Shown here: piece by piece, positions 16,815 to 25,310 of the stretch
How the letters are laid out: each line of letters opens with the position of its first letter
Numbering within the stretch: the stretch's first letter is position 1
Assembly (NCBI GenBank): GCA_963715285.1
Contig: CAVQRU010000008.1
Span: forward strand, 13,653 to 77,652
Source: Ilumatobacteraceae bacterium
GTDB lineage: Bacteria; Actinomycetota; Acidimicrobiia; Acidimicrobiales; Ilumatobacteraceae
DNA: 64,000 nucleotides
Reading direction: 5' to 3'
Notes under the pieces: model-generated
Database searches by the model: none
Told to the model about the DNA's origin: nothing
Seen by the model: only the letters and a program-made list of their open reading frames with translations
Made by a program: the position numbers and the translations under genes

Positions 16815-17341
16815 CCGACCCCCTCGCTCCGGAGTCGATGGACACCATCTTGTTCACCGACCTCGTGGGGTTCACCGAGTACACCGACGCGTGCGGCGAC
16901 GCCGCCGCGGTCTCCGTCCTCGACCAGCAGTCGACGATCGCCCGTGATGCCCTCGCCGACGGTCGCGGGCGCCTCGTGAAGGAGATCGGCGACGGGCTCA
17001 TGTTCTGGTTCCGGCACCCGGACGACGCGCTTCGTGCTGCCGTCTCCGTACTCGGCGCCGTCGAGGCCGCACGCGAGCACCGAGGCTTCCCGTTGGGGAT
17101 CCGCATGGGCATGCACAGCGGCGAGGTGACCGCCCGCGGCGACGACTTCGTCGGCCAGACGGTGAACATCGCCTCGCGCGTGTCCGACCTCGCGGGTCCG
17201 GGAGAACTCGTGGTCTCGGAGGCCGTGGTCGGCTCGGTCGGGTCGGCGCACGGGCGGTTCGAGCCGGTCGGGCCCGCGAGGGTGAAGGGCGTCGCCGAGC
17301 CGATCTGGCTGCACCGACTCGTCCCGGACCGCGCCCGTTGA
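16811..17341 (+). CDS. minimal class III adenylate/guanylate cyclase (catalytic domain only, 176 aa)
   Basis: ILFTDLVGFT (metal Asp), VKEIGDGLMFWF (Lys plus second Asp), GMHSGEV and GQTVNIASRV. The ATG overlaps the upstream stop (ATGA). Confidence 0.85.
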   Translation: MTDPLAPESMDTILFTDLVGFTEYTDACGDAAAVSVLDQQSTIARDALADGRGRLVKEIGDGLMFWFRHPDDALRAAVSVLGAVEAAREHRGFPLGIRMGMHSGEVTARGDDFVGQTVNIASRVSDLAGPGELVVSEAVVGSVGSAHGRFEPVGPARVKGVAEPIWLHRLVPDRAR

Positions 17342-18285
17342 AGCAGACTGCGCCGATGAACCGCCGCCGCAGCATCGTCGTCGACACCGACACGGCGTCC
17401 GACGACGCGATTGCGCTCCTGTTGGCCGTGCGAGAGCCTTCGATCGACGTTCGGGCGGTCACGGTCGTGGCCGGCAACGTGCCGCTCGACCTCGCCGTGC
17501 GCAACGCGATCGTGACGCTCGACCTCTGCGGCGGCGCCGACATTCCGCTCCACGCCGGGCGGGCGGAGCCGTTGTCGCGGCCGCTGAACACCGCGCAGTT
17601 CGTGCACGGCGCCGACGGAATGGGGGGAGCGGCACTGCCCGAGCCCGCTCGCATCGCCACCTCGCACGACGCCGTGGCGGCCCTGCTGCAGATCGCCACG
17701 GACGAGCCGGGGCAGCACGATCTGGTCACCCTCGGCCCGCTGACCAACATCGCCGCGGCGTTGGAGGTCGATCCCGAGTTCCTGACGAGGTTCGGCCACA
17801 CCTATCTGATGGCGGGATCCCCCGACGGCGTCGGCAACGTCGATGCCCTCGGTGAGTACAACGTGTGGGCCGACCCCGAGGCCGCGACGGCGGTGTTCGC
17901 TGCGGCCGGCGAGAAGACGATGATCGGTTGGAACATCTCGCGCACGTTCGCCGTGCTCGACCACGACGAGCAGGCCCGGTTGGCCGCGGTCGGCCCGTTG
18001 GGCCGGTTCGCGATCGACATCAACGGCGACGTCGACCAGTACGCGATCGACACCGGTCTCGCAGGATTCGATCTCCCCGACCCGGTCGCGATGGCGGTGG
18101 CACTCGATCCGTCGATCGTGACCGAGGCGACCGACGAGTGGCTGGTGGTCGGGCTCGACGGCCCGACGCGCGGCTGCACGATCCCCGACCGTCGCTTCGG
18201 CCGTCCCGCCCCGACCATCCGGGTGGTCTGGGCCGTCGACGAGGCCGCCTTCAAGTCACGCCTCTTCGCCGCCTGCCGCTCCTGA
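17338..18285 (+). CDS. inosine/uridine-preferring nucleoside hydrolase family protein
   Basis: N-terminal DTDTASDDAIALLLA fingerprint. TTG 17338 overlaps the cyclase stop; an alternative ATG is at 17356. Confidence 0.9.
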   Translation: MKQTAPMNRRRSIVVDTDTASDDAIALLLAVREPSIDVRAVTVVAGNVPLDLAVRNAIVTLDLCGGADIPLHAGRAEPLSRPLNTAQFVHGADGMGGAALPEPARIATSHDAVAALLQIATDEPGQHDLVTLGPLTNIAAALEVDPEFLTRFGHTYLMAGSPDGVGNVDALGEYNVWADPEAATAVFAAAGEKTMIGWNISRTFAVLDHDEQARLAAVGPLGRFAIDINGDVDQYAIDTGLAGFDLPDPVAMAVALDPSIVTEATDEWLVVGLDGPTRGCTIPDRRFGRPAPTIRVVWAVDEAAFKSRLFAACRS

Positions 18286-18287
18286 CG

Positions 18288-18645
18288 CCCCACCCCGTTT
18301 GCGCGCCGTTTCCGGTGGCCCGTCCCACCGGGAGTGCAACGCAAACGGGGTGGGTCGGGTGTCACCCGGCTTGTGCGACGTTTTGGGTGGCCCGTCCCAC
18401 CGGGAGTGCGACGCAAACGGGGTGGGTCGGGTGTCACCCGGCTTGTGCGACGTTTTGGGTGGCCCGTCCCGCCGGAAGTGCGACGCAAACGGGGTGGGCT
18501 GGGGTGGTTGGTTTGTGCGATGTTTCCGGTGGTCCGTCCCGCCGGAAGTGCGACACAAACGGGGTGGGCTGGTGTCACCCGGTTTGTGCGACGTTTCGGG
18601 TGGTCCGTCCCACTCGAAGTGCGACGCAAACGGGGATGGGTGTGG
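18288..18645. repeat. tandem array of 5 degenerate 70-72-bp hairpin-forming units
   Basis: Unit pattern is ..GGYTTGTGCGAYGTTTYSGGTGGYCCGTCCCRCYSGRAGTGCGACRCAAACGGGGTGGG.., with starts about 18296, 18368, 18440, 18510 and 18581. Each unit has nested inverted repeats (CCCCGTTTGCG/CGCAAACGGGG; CCGGTGG/CCACCGG). Lies between convergent genes. Confidence 0.9.
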
Positions 18646-18676
18646 ATGGTGGGTGGTGGGTGGTGGGTGGCGCGGG
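18646..18676 (+). repeat. (GGTGGGT)x3 microsatellite forming a G3N4G3N4G3N6G3 quadruplex-type motif
   Basis: GGG runs at 18651-53, 18658-60, 18665-67 and 18674-76. Directly abuts the 72-bp array and the stop of the CDS 18677-19300. Confidence 0.8.
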
Positions 18677-19300
18677 TCAGCGGGGGAGGGGGCGATCGCC
18701 CGGCATCGGACCCTCGAATCGGGTGCGCTTCAGTTCGAAGAACGAGTCGATGTCCATCATGGTGACGAGGGCGTCCCACATCGCGATGCTCTTCTCCGTG
18801 GAGGGGATGCGCGAGATGACCGGGCCGAAGTAGCCGGTCGTCACCCCGTCGGAGTTCTCGAACGCGATGATCGGTGTCCCGACGTCGTCGCCCACGAGTT
18901 CGAGCCCCTCGTCCATGCCCGCGCGGATGACGTCGTCCCACGACTCGTCGTCGAAGGCGGCAGCGTGCGACGGGTCGAGGCCCACCGTGGCCAGGGCATC
19001 GGCGGGATCGAACGGCGACTCCTTGTCGTGGTGGATCCGGCTGCCGAACTCCCAGTAGAGCTTGAAGACGCCATCGTTGCCGTCGGTGGTCCGCACCGAC
19101 TCCATCACCCGCAACAGGCCGTGGGTGAATCGTGCACCGTCGTACCAGCCGGTTCCGGGTTCCGGCTCGTTCTTGAAGAAGAGGCTGATCGGCCGCCAGG
19201 TGATGTCGATGTCGCGGTGGGGTTGCACCTCGTCGACCACCCAGCGGGCGGTCGTCCAGCAGAAGGGGCAACCAGGGTCGACCCAGAAGTCGATCTTCAT
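18677..19300 (-). CDS. DsbA-family thioredoxin-fold protein
   Basis: N-terminal WVDPGCPFCW (CxxC) motif. 207 aa, a size typical of actinobacterial DsbA/FrnE-like proteins. Confidence 0.8.
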   Translation of the reverse strand: MKIDFWVDPGCPFCWTTARWVVDEVQPHRDIDITWRPISLFFKNEPEPGTGWYDGARFTHGLLRVMESVRTTDGNDGVFKLYWEFGSRIHHDKESPFDPADALATVGLDPSHAAAFDDESWDDVIRAGMDEGLELVGDDVGTPIIAFENSDGVTTGYFGPVISRIPSTEKSIAMWDALVTMMDIDSFFELKRTRFEGPMPGDRPLPR

Positions 19301-19857
19301 GTCGTCACGTCACGTTCGTGGGGGAGGTGGTGCGAGGTGGTGTGGGAGATTCCGATCCCGCCCGGCTCGTCGATACCGAACCGTTCGATCTCGGCGGGCA
19401 GGTCGAGTGGGCGAACCGCTGCCCGGGCCGCGAGGTCGTCAGCGGTCAGGAGCGCGGCGGGAATGATCCACACGACCTCGAACTCGAGGCCGTCGGGATC
19501 CTTGGCGTAGAGACTCTTCGTGGTGCCGTGATCGCTCGCGCCGACGAGCGCGCCACGGTCACGCAACACCACGGCGAGTCGCTGGAGCTCGCCGAGCGTG
19601 TCGACCTCCCACGCCAGGTGGTACAGCCCGACGGTCGAACGGCCGGCATCCGAGGCCGCCGCCGTCGCGCCGATCTGGAACACGCCGAGGTCGTGGTCGT
19701 TCGTCGAGTCGGGAGCCTGGAGGAACGCGGCCCCCGGAAACGACATGACGACCCGGAAGCCGAGCACGTCGCCGTAGAACTCCGTCGTCCGCTCGACGTC
19801 GCGGACGTAGAGCACTGCGTGGTTGAGTCGTTGAACACCCATCACCTTGGCCAACAT
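19297..19857 (-). CDS. VOC (glyoxalase/bleomycin-resistance/extradiol dioxygenase) family protein
   Basis: LNHAVLYVRDVERTTEFYGDVLGF...GLYHLAWEV...SLYAKDPDGLEFEV. The start is ATG 19857 or 19842, and the stop overlaps the DsbA-like start. Confidence 0.8.
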   Translation of the reverse strand: MLAKVMGVQRLNHAVLYVRDVERTTEFYGDVLGFRVVMSFPGAAFLQAPDSTNDHDLGVFQIGATAAASDAGRSTVGLYHLAWEVDTLGELQRLAVVLRDRGALVGASDHGTTKSLYAKDPDGLEFEVVWIIPAALLTADDLAARAAVRPLDLPAEIERFGIDEPGGIGISHTTSHHLPHERDVTT

Positions 19858-19948
19858 GTTGCGCACGCAAATATTCCGGTCGTGTCGCCCCGGGGTCCGG
19901 GCCGAAACCCCTGATGGTCGCCGTGGGCCGCGGGGCGAGAATGTCGCC

Positions 19949-21727
19949 ATGGTCACGCAGTCCGCCCCGGGCGGATCCCGTTGGCGTGCACTCGGCGCGC
20001 TGCTGCGGCCCGACGCCGGTCGTTGGGCCGGTCTCGGCGCGCTCGTCGCCATCGGGTCGGCGCTCACGATCGCCGGGCCGCTGGTCGTACGGCGAATCGT
20101 CGACACCACCGCCGACGGCACGACGGCGGGTGAGGTCACCCGGCTTGCGCTCCTGTTCCTCGCGATCGCGGTGCTGGCCCAGCTGTTGTCGGTGATCGTC
20201 GCCTGGCTCGCCACCGTCGCGGCGTGGCGCACCACCAACGACCTGCGGCTCACGATGACCCGCCACGTGCTCGGCCTCGACCACGAGTTCCACCGCACCC
20301 ACACCCCCGGCGAGCTCATCCAGCGCGTCGACGGCGACATCACCTCGGTGTCGGAGTTCCTCGGCCAGGTGGTCACCAAGGCCGCGGGTGCAGCCATGCT
20401 CGTCGCCGGCATGGTGATCGTGCTGTCGGTGATCGACTGGCGCCTCGGGCTCGGCATGGCCGTGTACGTCGCGATGGCTCTCGCGGTCATCGTCAGCACG
20501 CGCCATCGGGCGATCTCGGAGTCGTCCGACGAGATGGGTGCCCTCGGCCGGCTCTACGGCGGCATCGAGGAACGACTGACCGCGGCCGAGGATCTGCGGG
20601 CGAACGGAGCGGCCGATCATGTCGCCTGGCGTTTCGTCGAGGACAGCGAGGAGGCGCTCGTCAGCGCGGTCCGGCGCGAGCGGGCCTTCCTCGTGATGTG
20701 GTGGTTCGTGCAGGGCGCAGTCGCTGCCGGTTGGGTGTTCGCGCTCGTCGTCGGTGCGGTGCTGTACGACCGTGGCGTCATCAGCCTCGGTACCGCCTTC
20801 TTGCTCTTCCAGTTCGTACTCCTCGTCGCTCGTCCTCTCGAAGAGGTCGTCCACGAACTCGAAACGGTCCAGAAGGCCAACGGGGCGATGGTGCGCGTCG
20901 CCGACCTTCTCGCGATCCAACCCAACGTGCTCGACGACGGGACGCTCAGCCCCCCGCCTGGTCCACTCGCCGTCACTGCCACCGGCGTGCAGTTCGACTA
21001 CGGCGACGACCGTCCCGTGTTGCGCGACGTCGACGTCCACATCGCCGCAGGTCGCTCGGTCGGCATCGTCGGGCGCACCGGAAGCGGCAAGACCACGTTC
21101 TCGCGGCTCGTCCTCCGCCTGGTCGAGCCGACGAGTGGAATCGTCGCGCTGAACGGCGTGTCGATCGCCGACATCCCGTTCGCCGAACTGCGTCGCCGAG
21201 TCGCGCTGGTGCCCCAGGAGGTCGAGTTGTTCGCGGGGACGCTGCGCGACAACGTCACCCTCTTCGACGACGACCGTTCCGAGGCCGACGTGGTCGACGC
21301 GCTGGAGCGAGTCGGACTCGGTGCGTTGGCCGCGGCGGGCATCGACCGCGAACTCGGTGCCGGCGGTGCGGGGTTGTCGGCAGGCGAGGCGCAGCTGCTC
21401 GCGCTCGCCCGGGTGTGGTTGCGCGATCCCGACCTCGTGGTGCTCGACGAAGCGACCGCGCGGGTCGATCCCGAGACCGAGCGGCGCCTCGAGGCCGCGG
21501 TCGTCGAGCTGATGCGCGGGCGCACCACGCTGGTGATCGCACACCGTCTGTCGACGCTGAAGTCGGTCGACGAGATCATCGTGTTCGACCACGGCCGCAT
21601 CGTCGAACACGGCGACCGGGCCGACCTCGTCGGTGACGACGACAGCCGCTTCGCTCGGTTGCTCGCGGTGTCGCTCGACGACGAACAGCGTCCGGCCACC
21701 GAAATCGGCGTGGAGGTGACATCGTGA
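19949..21727 (+). CDS. ABC exporter, fused permease/ATPase subunit 1
   Basis: 6-TM N-domain. Walker A GRTGSGKTT, signature LSAGEAQLLALARV, Walker B LVVLDEATARVD. Internal ATG 19949. Confidence 0.9.
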   Translation: MVTQSAPGGSRWRALGALLRPDAGRWAGLGALVAIGSALTIAGPLVVRRIVDTTADGTTAGEVTRLALLFLAIAVLAQLLSVIVAWLATVAAWRTTNDLRLTMTRHVLGLDHEFHRTHTPGELIQRVDGDITSVSEFLGQVVTKAAGAAMLVAGMVIVLSVIDWRLGLGMAVYVAMALAVIVSTRHRAISESSDEMGALGRLYGGIEERLTAAEDLRANGAADHVAWRFVEDSEEALVSAVRRERAFLVMWWFVQGAVAAGWVFALVVGAVLYDRGVISLGTAFLLFQFVLLVARPLEEVVHELETVQKANGAMVRVADLLAIQPNVLDDGTLSPPPGPLAVTATGVQFDYGDDRPVLRDVDVHIAAGRSVGIVGRTGSGKTTFSRLVLRLVEPTSGIVALNGVSIADIPFAELRRRVALVPQEVELFAGTLRDNVTLFDDDRSEADVVDALERVGLGALAAAGIDRELGAGGAGLSAGEAQLLALARVWLRDPDLVVLDEATARVDPETERRLEAAVVELMRGRTTLVIAHRLSTLKSVDEIIVFDHGRIVEHGDRADLVGDDDSRFARLLAVSLDDEQRPATEIGVEVTS

Positions 21728-23505
21728 CCATCGGACTCGACCTCGTTCCCGATCACGACGACGACCCGACCGTGGTCGGCGCCGGCGAACTGGACGACTT
21801 CGACGTGTCCGCGGTCCCGAACGTGTGGGCATTGGCCTGGCGGGCGTCGCAGCACCGGCCCCGTGAGTTCTGGGTCGGATGGGCGCTCTTCGTGGTGTTC
21901 TTCACGATGCCCGCGATCAGCGGGTACTTCCTCGGCCAGGGGTACACCGCGCTCGAGGACGGCGACACCACGGCGACGATCGGATGGGCCGCGGCGATCG
22001 CGGTGAGCGAACTCGTTCGGATGGTGGCGATCCACCACGGCGCCCTCATCTGGACCAAGGCCTGGATCCACATGCAGACGTTGCTGCGCGCCAACATGCT
22101 CAGCGCGCAGATGGCGAGCGGTGGTGTCCACGCCGGTCAGCCGGTCGGTTCAGCCGGTTCGGCGGTGACGCACTTCCGTGACGACACCGAGGACGTCGCC
22201 AATCTCGTCGACGGCATGGTCGACATCTCCGGCGGCCTGGTGTTCACCGTGATCGCCGGCTTCGTGTTGGGCTCCGCCGATGCCCGCGCGGCGGCCGTGC
22301 TGATCATCCCGCTGCTCGGGGTCGGTATCGCGACCCGGGTGCTCGACACGCGGATCAAGGAGTACCGTTCGGCCGACCGCGAGGCGACGGAGCGTGTGAC
22401 CGGTCTGTTGGGTGACGTGATGGCGGCGGCCACGACCGTGAAGGTGAACGACGCATCCGAACCGATGCTGCGCCGCCTCGCCGTGCTCGTCGAACGGCGC
22501 CGCCACACGGCGGTTCGCGATCGTGTGCTCGAAGAGGGTGTGATGGCCTTCAGCCAGGGCGCCGCCGACATCGGTCTGGGACTGGTGCTGCTCGTCAGCG
22601 CGGGTGCGATCGCGTCGGGGGCGTTCGACCTCGGCACGCTGGCGCTGTTCACGGCCTACCTCGGCTGGTTGAGCTTCCTGCCGCGCATGGTGGGACGTGT
22701 GCTGGCTCGTCGCAAGCAGGCGGGGGTTGCGTTCGACCGGATGCGCAGGCTCGTCGCGGAGCAGGAGGCCGCCAACACCGTGCGGGCCCGCCGGCTCCCG
22801 ATCGATCCCGGCGACCAGCGGACTCGACCCGACGTCGTTCGCCCGGACCGTGTGCCCCTGCAGGAGTTCGAGATCTGCAGCCTGAGCGTCGCGTACGGCG
22901 ACCGGACGGTGCTGACCGGCATCGACATGACGGTGCGTCGCGGCGAGTTCGTGGTGATCACCGGGCCAGTCGGCGCCGGCAAGAGCACGCTGCTGCGCGC
23001 CCTGCTCGGGCTGGCATGGCAGGCCGACGTCACCGGTTCGGTCCGCTGGAACGGCGACGAGATCGGCGACCGCGCCGCATTCCTCGTCCCACCGAACGCC
23101 GCGTTCCTGCCGCAGGTGCCGCAGCTGATCTCCGACAGCGTGGCCGACAACGTCGGCCTCGGCCCCGTCGATCCCGAGCAGCTCGCCTCGGCACTGCGAC
23201 TGGCTGCGATCACCGAGGACATCGAGGCGATGCCCGACGGGTCGTCCACGCTGATCGGTCCGCGTGGGCTGCGCCTCTCGGGCGGCCAGCGTCAGCGGCT
23301 CGCAACCGCCCGGGCGCTGGTGCACTCACCGGAGCTGGTGGTGCTCGACGACCTGTCGAGCGCGCTCGACGTCGAGACCGAGGTGCAGCTCTGGACGAAC
23401 CTCGCCGATGCCGGGATGACGGTCATCGCCGTGTCGCATCGCGCGGTGGCGTTCGATCGTGCCGATCAGGTGCTGCGGCTCGAACACGGTCGCCTCGTCG
23501 ACTGA
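21724..23505 (+). CDS. ABC exporter, fused permease/ATPase subunit 2
   Basis: GTG 21724 overlaps the subunit-1 stop (GTGA). Walker A GPVGAGKST, signature LSGGQRQRLATARAL, Walker B LVVLDDLSSALD. Confidence 0.9.
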   Translation: MTIGLDLVPDHDDDPTVVGAGELDDFDVSAVPNVWALAWRASQHRPREFWVGWALFVVFFTMPAISGYFLGQGYTALEDGDTTATIGWAAAIAVSELVRMVAIHHGALIWTKAWIHMQTLLRANMLSAQMASGGVHAGQPVGSAGSAVTHFRDDTEDVANLVDGMVDISGGLVFTVIAGFVLGSADARAAAVLIIPLLGVGIATRVLDTRIKEYRSADREATERVTGLLGDVMAAATTVKVNDASEPMLRRLAVLVERRRHTAVRDRVLEEGVMAFSQGAADIGLGLVLLVSAGAIASGAFDLGTLALFTAYLGWLSFLPRMVGRVLARRKQAGVAFDRMRRLVAEQEAANTVRARRLPIDPGDQRTRPDVVRPDRVPLQEFEICSLSVAYGDRTVLTGIDMTVRRGEFVVITGPVGAGKSTLLRALLGLAWQADVTGSVRWNGDEIGDRAAFLVPPNAAFLPQVPQLISDSVADNVGLGPVDPEQLASALRLAAITEDIEAMPDGSSTLIGPRGLRLSGGQRQRLATARALVHSPELVVLDDLSSALDVETEVQLWTNLADAGMTVIAVSHRAVAFDRADQVLRLEHGRLVD

Positions 23506-23520
23506 CGGCCGACCCCGGGG

Positions 23521-24678
23521 TCAGCGGCGCTCGAACGCGAGGTCGAGCGCCTCCCGCGCCGACGGCGAGGTCGCGAACTGTCGCGCAATGGCTTCGCAGC
23601 GCTGCACGGCATCGGCATCGTCCAGCGCCGCGGCGATGGCGGCGGTGATTCGATTTCGATCCGCCGGGCCGAGCGGCCGTCGGTCGTCTCCTCGCGTCTC
23701 AGCGCGAACGACTCGGCCGAGTCGGTGGTGCTCGACGAGGTCTGCGTTGGCGAATTGATCGGCGAACGACGGCAGCACGACGACCGGGACGCCCGCGGCG
23801 ATCGATCCGAACAGCGTTCCGGAGCCGCCATGACACACGGTCAGCGCGGCTTGCGCGACGACCTGGCGCTGGTCGATCCAGCGCTCGACATGGACATGGT
23901 CGGGCAGATTCCCGAGCGACGCCGGTTCGAGGTGACGTCCGATCGTGAGCAGGACGCGAGCGTCGATGCCGTCGAGAGCATCGATCAGCAACCGGTAGTG
24001 GTCGAGTGCGTCGGTCATGTGCGGAAGCACCGTGCCGAGGGTCGCGTACACGAGCGGGCCGGACGCGCCGTGCCACCAGTCGGGCAGGGGTGCGGTCGGC
24101 GGGTCGTTCGCTCCGCCGCAGCGGATGGTCGTCGGAAACGGCGACGGATCGAGCATCTCGGGGAATCGGGTGAGGTACGGCGACGAACGAATCGCCGCGG
24201 TCAGGCCGGTGTGCCGATCCTCGAGGGCCGGGGCGGCGACGGCGAGCGATCCCCACTCGATCCGGGCGAGGGAGATGGCGACCTGAGCCATCGGGATGCC
24301 TGCGATCGTCGCGAATGCTGCTGAGGCGTACTCGCACGGGTCCCGCACGATGATGTCGGGCCGGAATCGACGCCCGTGCTCGACCAGCGCGTCGTACATG
24401 GCCGTCGCTGCGAGTTGCCCGAACAGCTCGCGGTTGCCGATCACTGAGGCGTCGCTGGGCGAGGCGATCGCCAGCCGATCTCGCAACGGTGCGATGGCGT
24501 GCTCCGGCGGTTCGGCGCCCTCGGCGAAGTCGAAGCCGTCGCGTCGGATCATCGCTTCGAGCGCTGGAGGTCCGACGACGAGGACGTCGTCGCCACGCCC
24601 GCGGGCGTCGTCCACGACCATCGAGAGCGGGATCCAGTGTCCGGCTCCGCCGAGCGAGCACGCGGCGAGCACCCGCAT
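23521..24678 (-). CDS. GT1-family (MGT/UDP-glycosyltransferase-like) glycosyltransferase
   Basis: N-terminal GGAGHWIP and C-terminal donor-binding motif CHGGSGTLFGSIAAGVPVVVLPSFADQFANA. Confidence 0.85.
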   Translation of the reverse strand: MRVLAACSLGGAGHWIPLSMVVDDARGRGDDVLVVGPPALEAMIRRDGFDFAEGAEPPEHAIAPLRDRLAIASPSDASVIGNRELFGQLAATAMYDALVEHGRRFRPDIIVRDPCEYASAAFATIAGIPMAQVAISLARIEWGSLAVAAPALEDRHTGLTAAIRSSPYLTRFPEMLDPSPFPTTIRCGGANDPPTAPLPDWWHGASGPLVYATLGTVLPHMTDALDHYRLLIDALDGIDARVLLTIGRHLEPASLGNLPDHVHVERWIDQRQVVAQAALTVCHGGSGTLFGSIAAGVPVVVLPSFADQFANADLVEHHRLGRVVRAETRGDDRRPLGPADRNRITAAIAAALDDADAVQRCEAIARQFATSPSAREALDLAFERR

Positions 24679-24681
24679 CGG

Positions 24682-25245
24682 TCAGCCCGAACGCTGGCGG
24701 GCGCGATGGTCGGCCGTGTGGGTGCGACTGGCACACCGGGGATCGGAACAGAACCGTCGCGAGCCGTTGCGGGTGGCGTCGTAGAACAGGTGGTCGCAGT
24801 CGGCGGCTGCGCACGTGCCGAATCGGTCGGTGCCGTGGTCGCAGATCTCCTGCGCCAGGGCCATCAGGATGTCGGCGACCACCTGGTCGTCGAAGCGCGC
24901 CGACGCGGGCGTCCAGTGGATGTGGAGACCGGCACCGTCGTGGTCGGTCACCGACGGCGTGATGTGCAGGTCGGCCAACTGCCCGTTGATCCACACCACC
25001 GTGGGTTCTCGAGCGGCGGTCGGCAACGAGTGGAGGGTGTCGACCATCGCTCCGACCCGTGAGTCGACGCGGTCGATCGACGCGGCCGAGGCCGAGCCGG
25101 CACGTGTGAACCCGTGGTCGCTCAGCAGCCCTCGAACGTCCGCGGTGCCGCCGACGTCGCGGGCGTCGGCGAGGGCGTTCACGAGATCGACCATCGCCTC
25201 GATGGTGAGACGGATCTCGGTGTCGTGTCCGGATGTGACGTACAC
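24682..25245 (-). CDS. CGNR zinc-finger (ABATE-domain) putative regulator
   Basis: C-terminal CAAADCDHLFYDATRNGSRRFCSDPRCASRTH. GTG start at 25245. Confidence 0.8.
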   Translation of the reverse strand: MYVTSGHDTEIRLTIEAMVDLVNALADARDVGGTADVRGLLSDHGFTRAGSASAASIDRVDSRVGAMVDTLHSLPTAAREPTVVWINGQLADLHITPSVTDHDGAGLHIHWTPASARFDDQVVADILMALAQEICDHGTDRFGTCAAADCDHLFYDATRNGSRRFCSDPRCASRTHTADHRARQRSG

Positions 25246-25310
25246 GACACCAGCGTAACCATCCGTGTTGGTGTAAGGTACTAACTCGTCGTAGCTACTT
25301 ACATCGAGAA

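Noticed and set aside
16811-17341. Pycsar-type pyrimidine cyclase defence system (small stand-alone class III cyclase).
   Set aside because: The Lys/Asp pair typical of adenine recognition is retained. No adjacent effector with a cNMP-binding domain plus TM or TIR module is present. The neighbours are a DUF4097 protein and a nucleoside hydrolase.
18288-18645. Possible CRISPR array (regularly spaced repeats of about 70 bp).
   Set aside because: The units are contiguous and mutually homologous over their whole length, so there are no unique spacers. The repeats are degenerate, and no cas genes occur anywhere in the window. It is better described as a minisatellite or amplified REP-like element.
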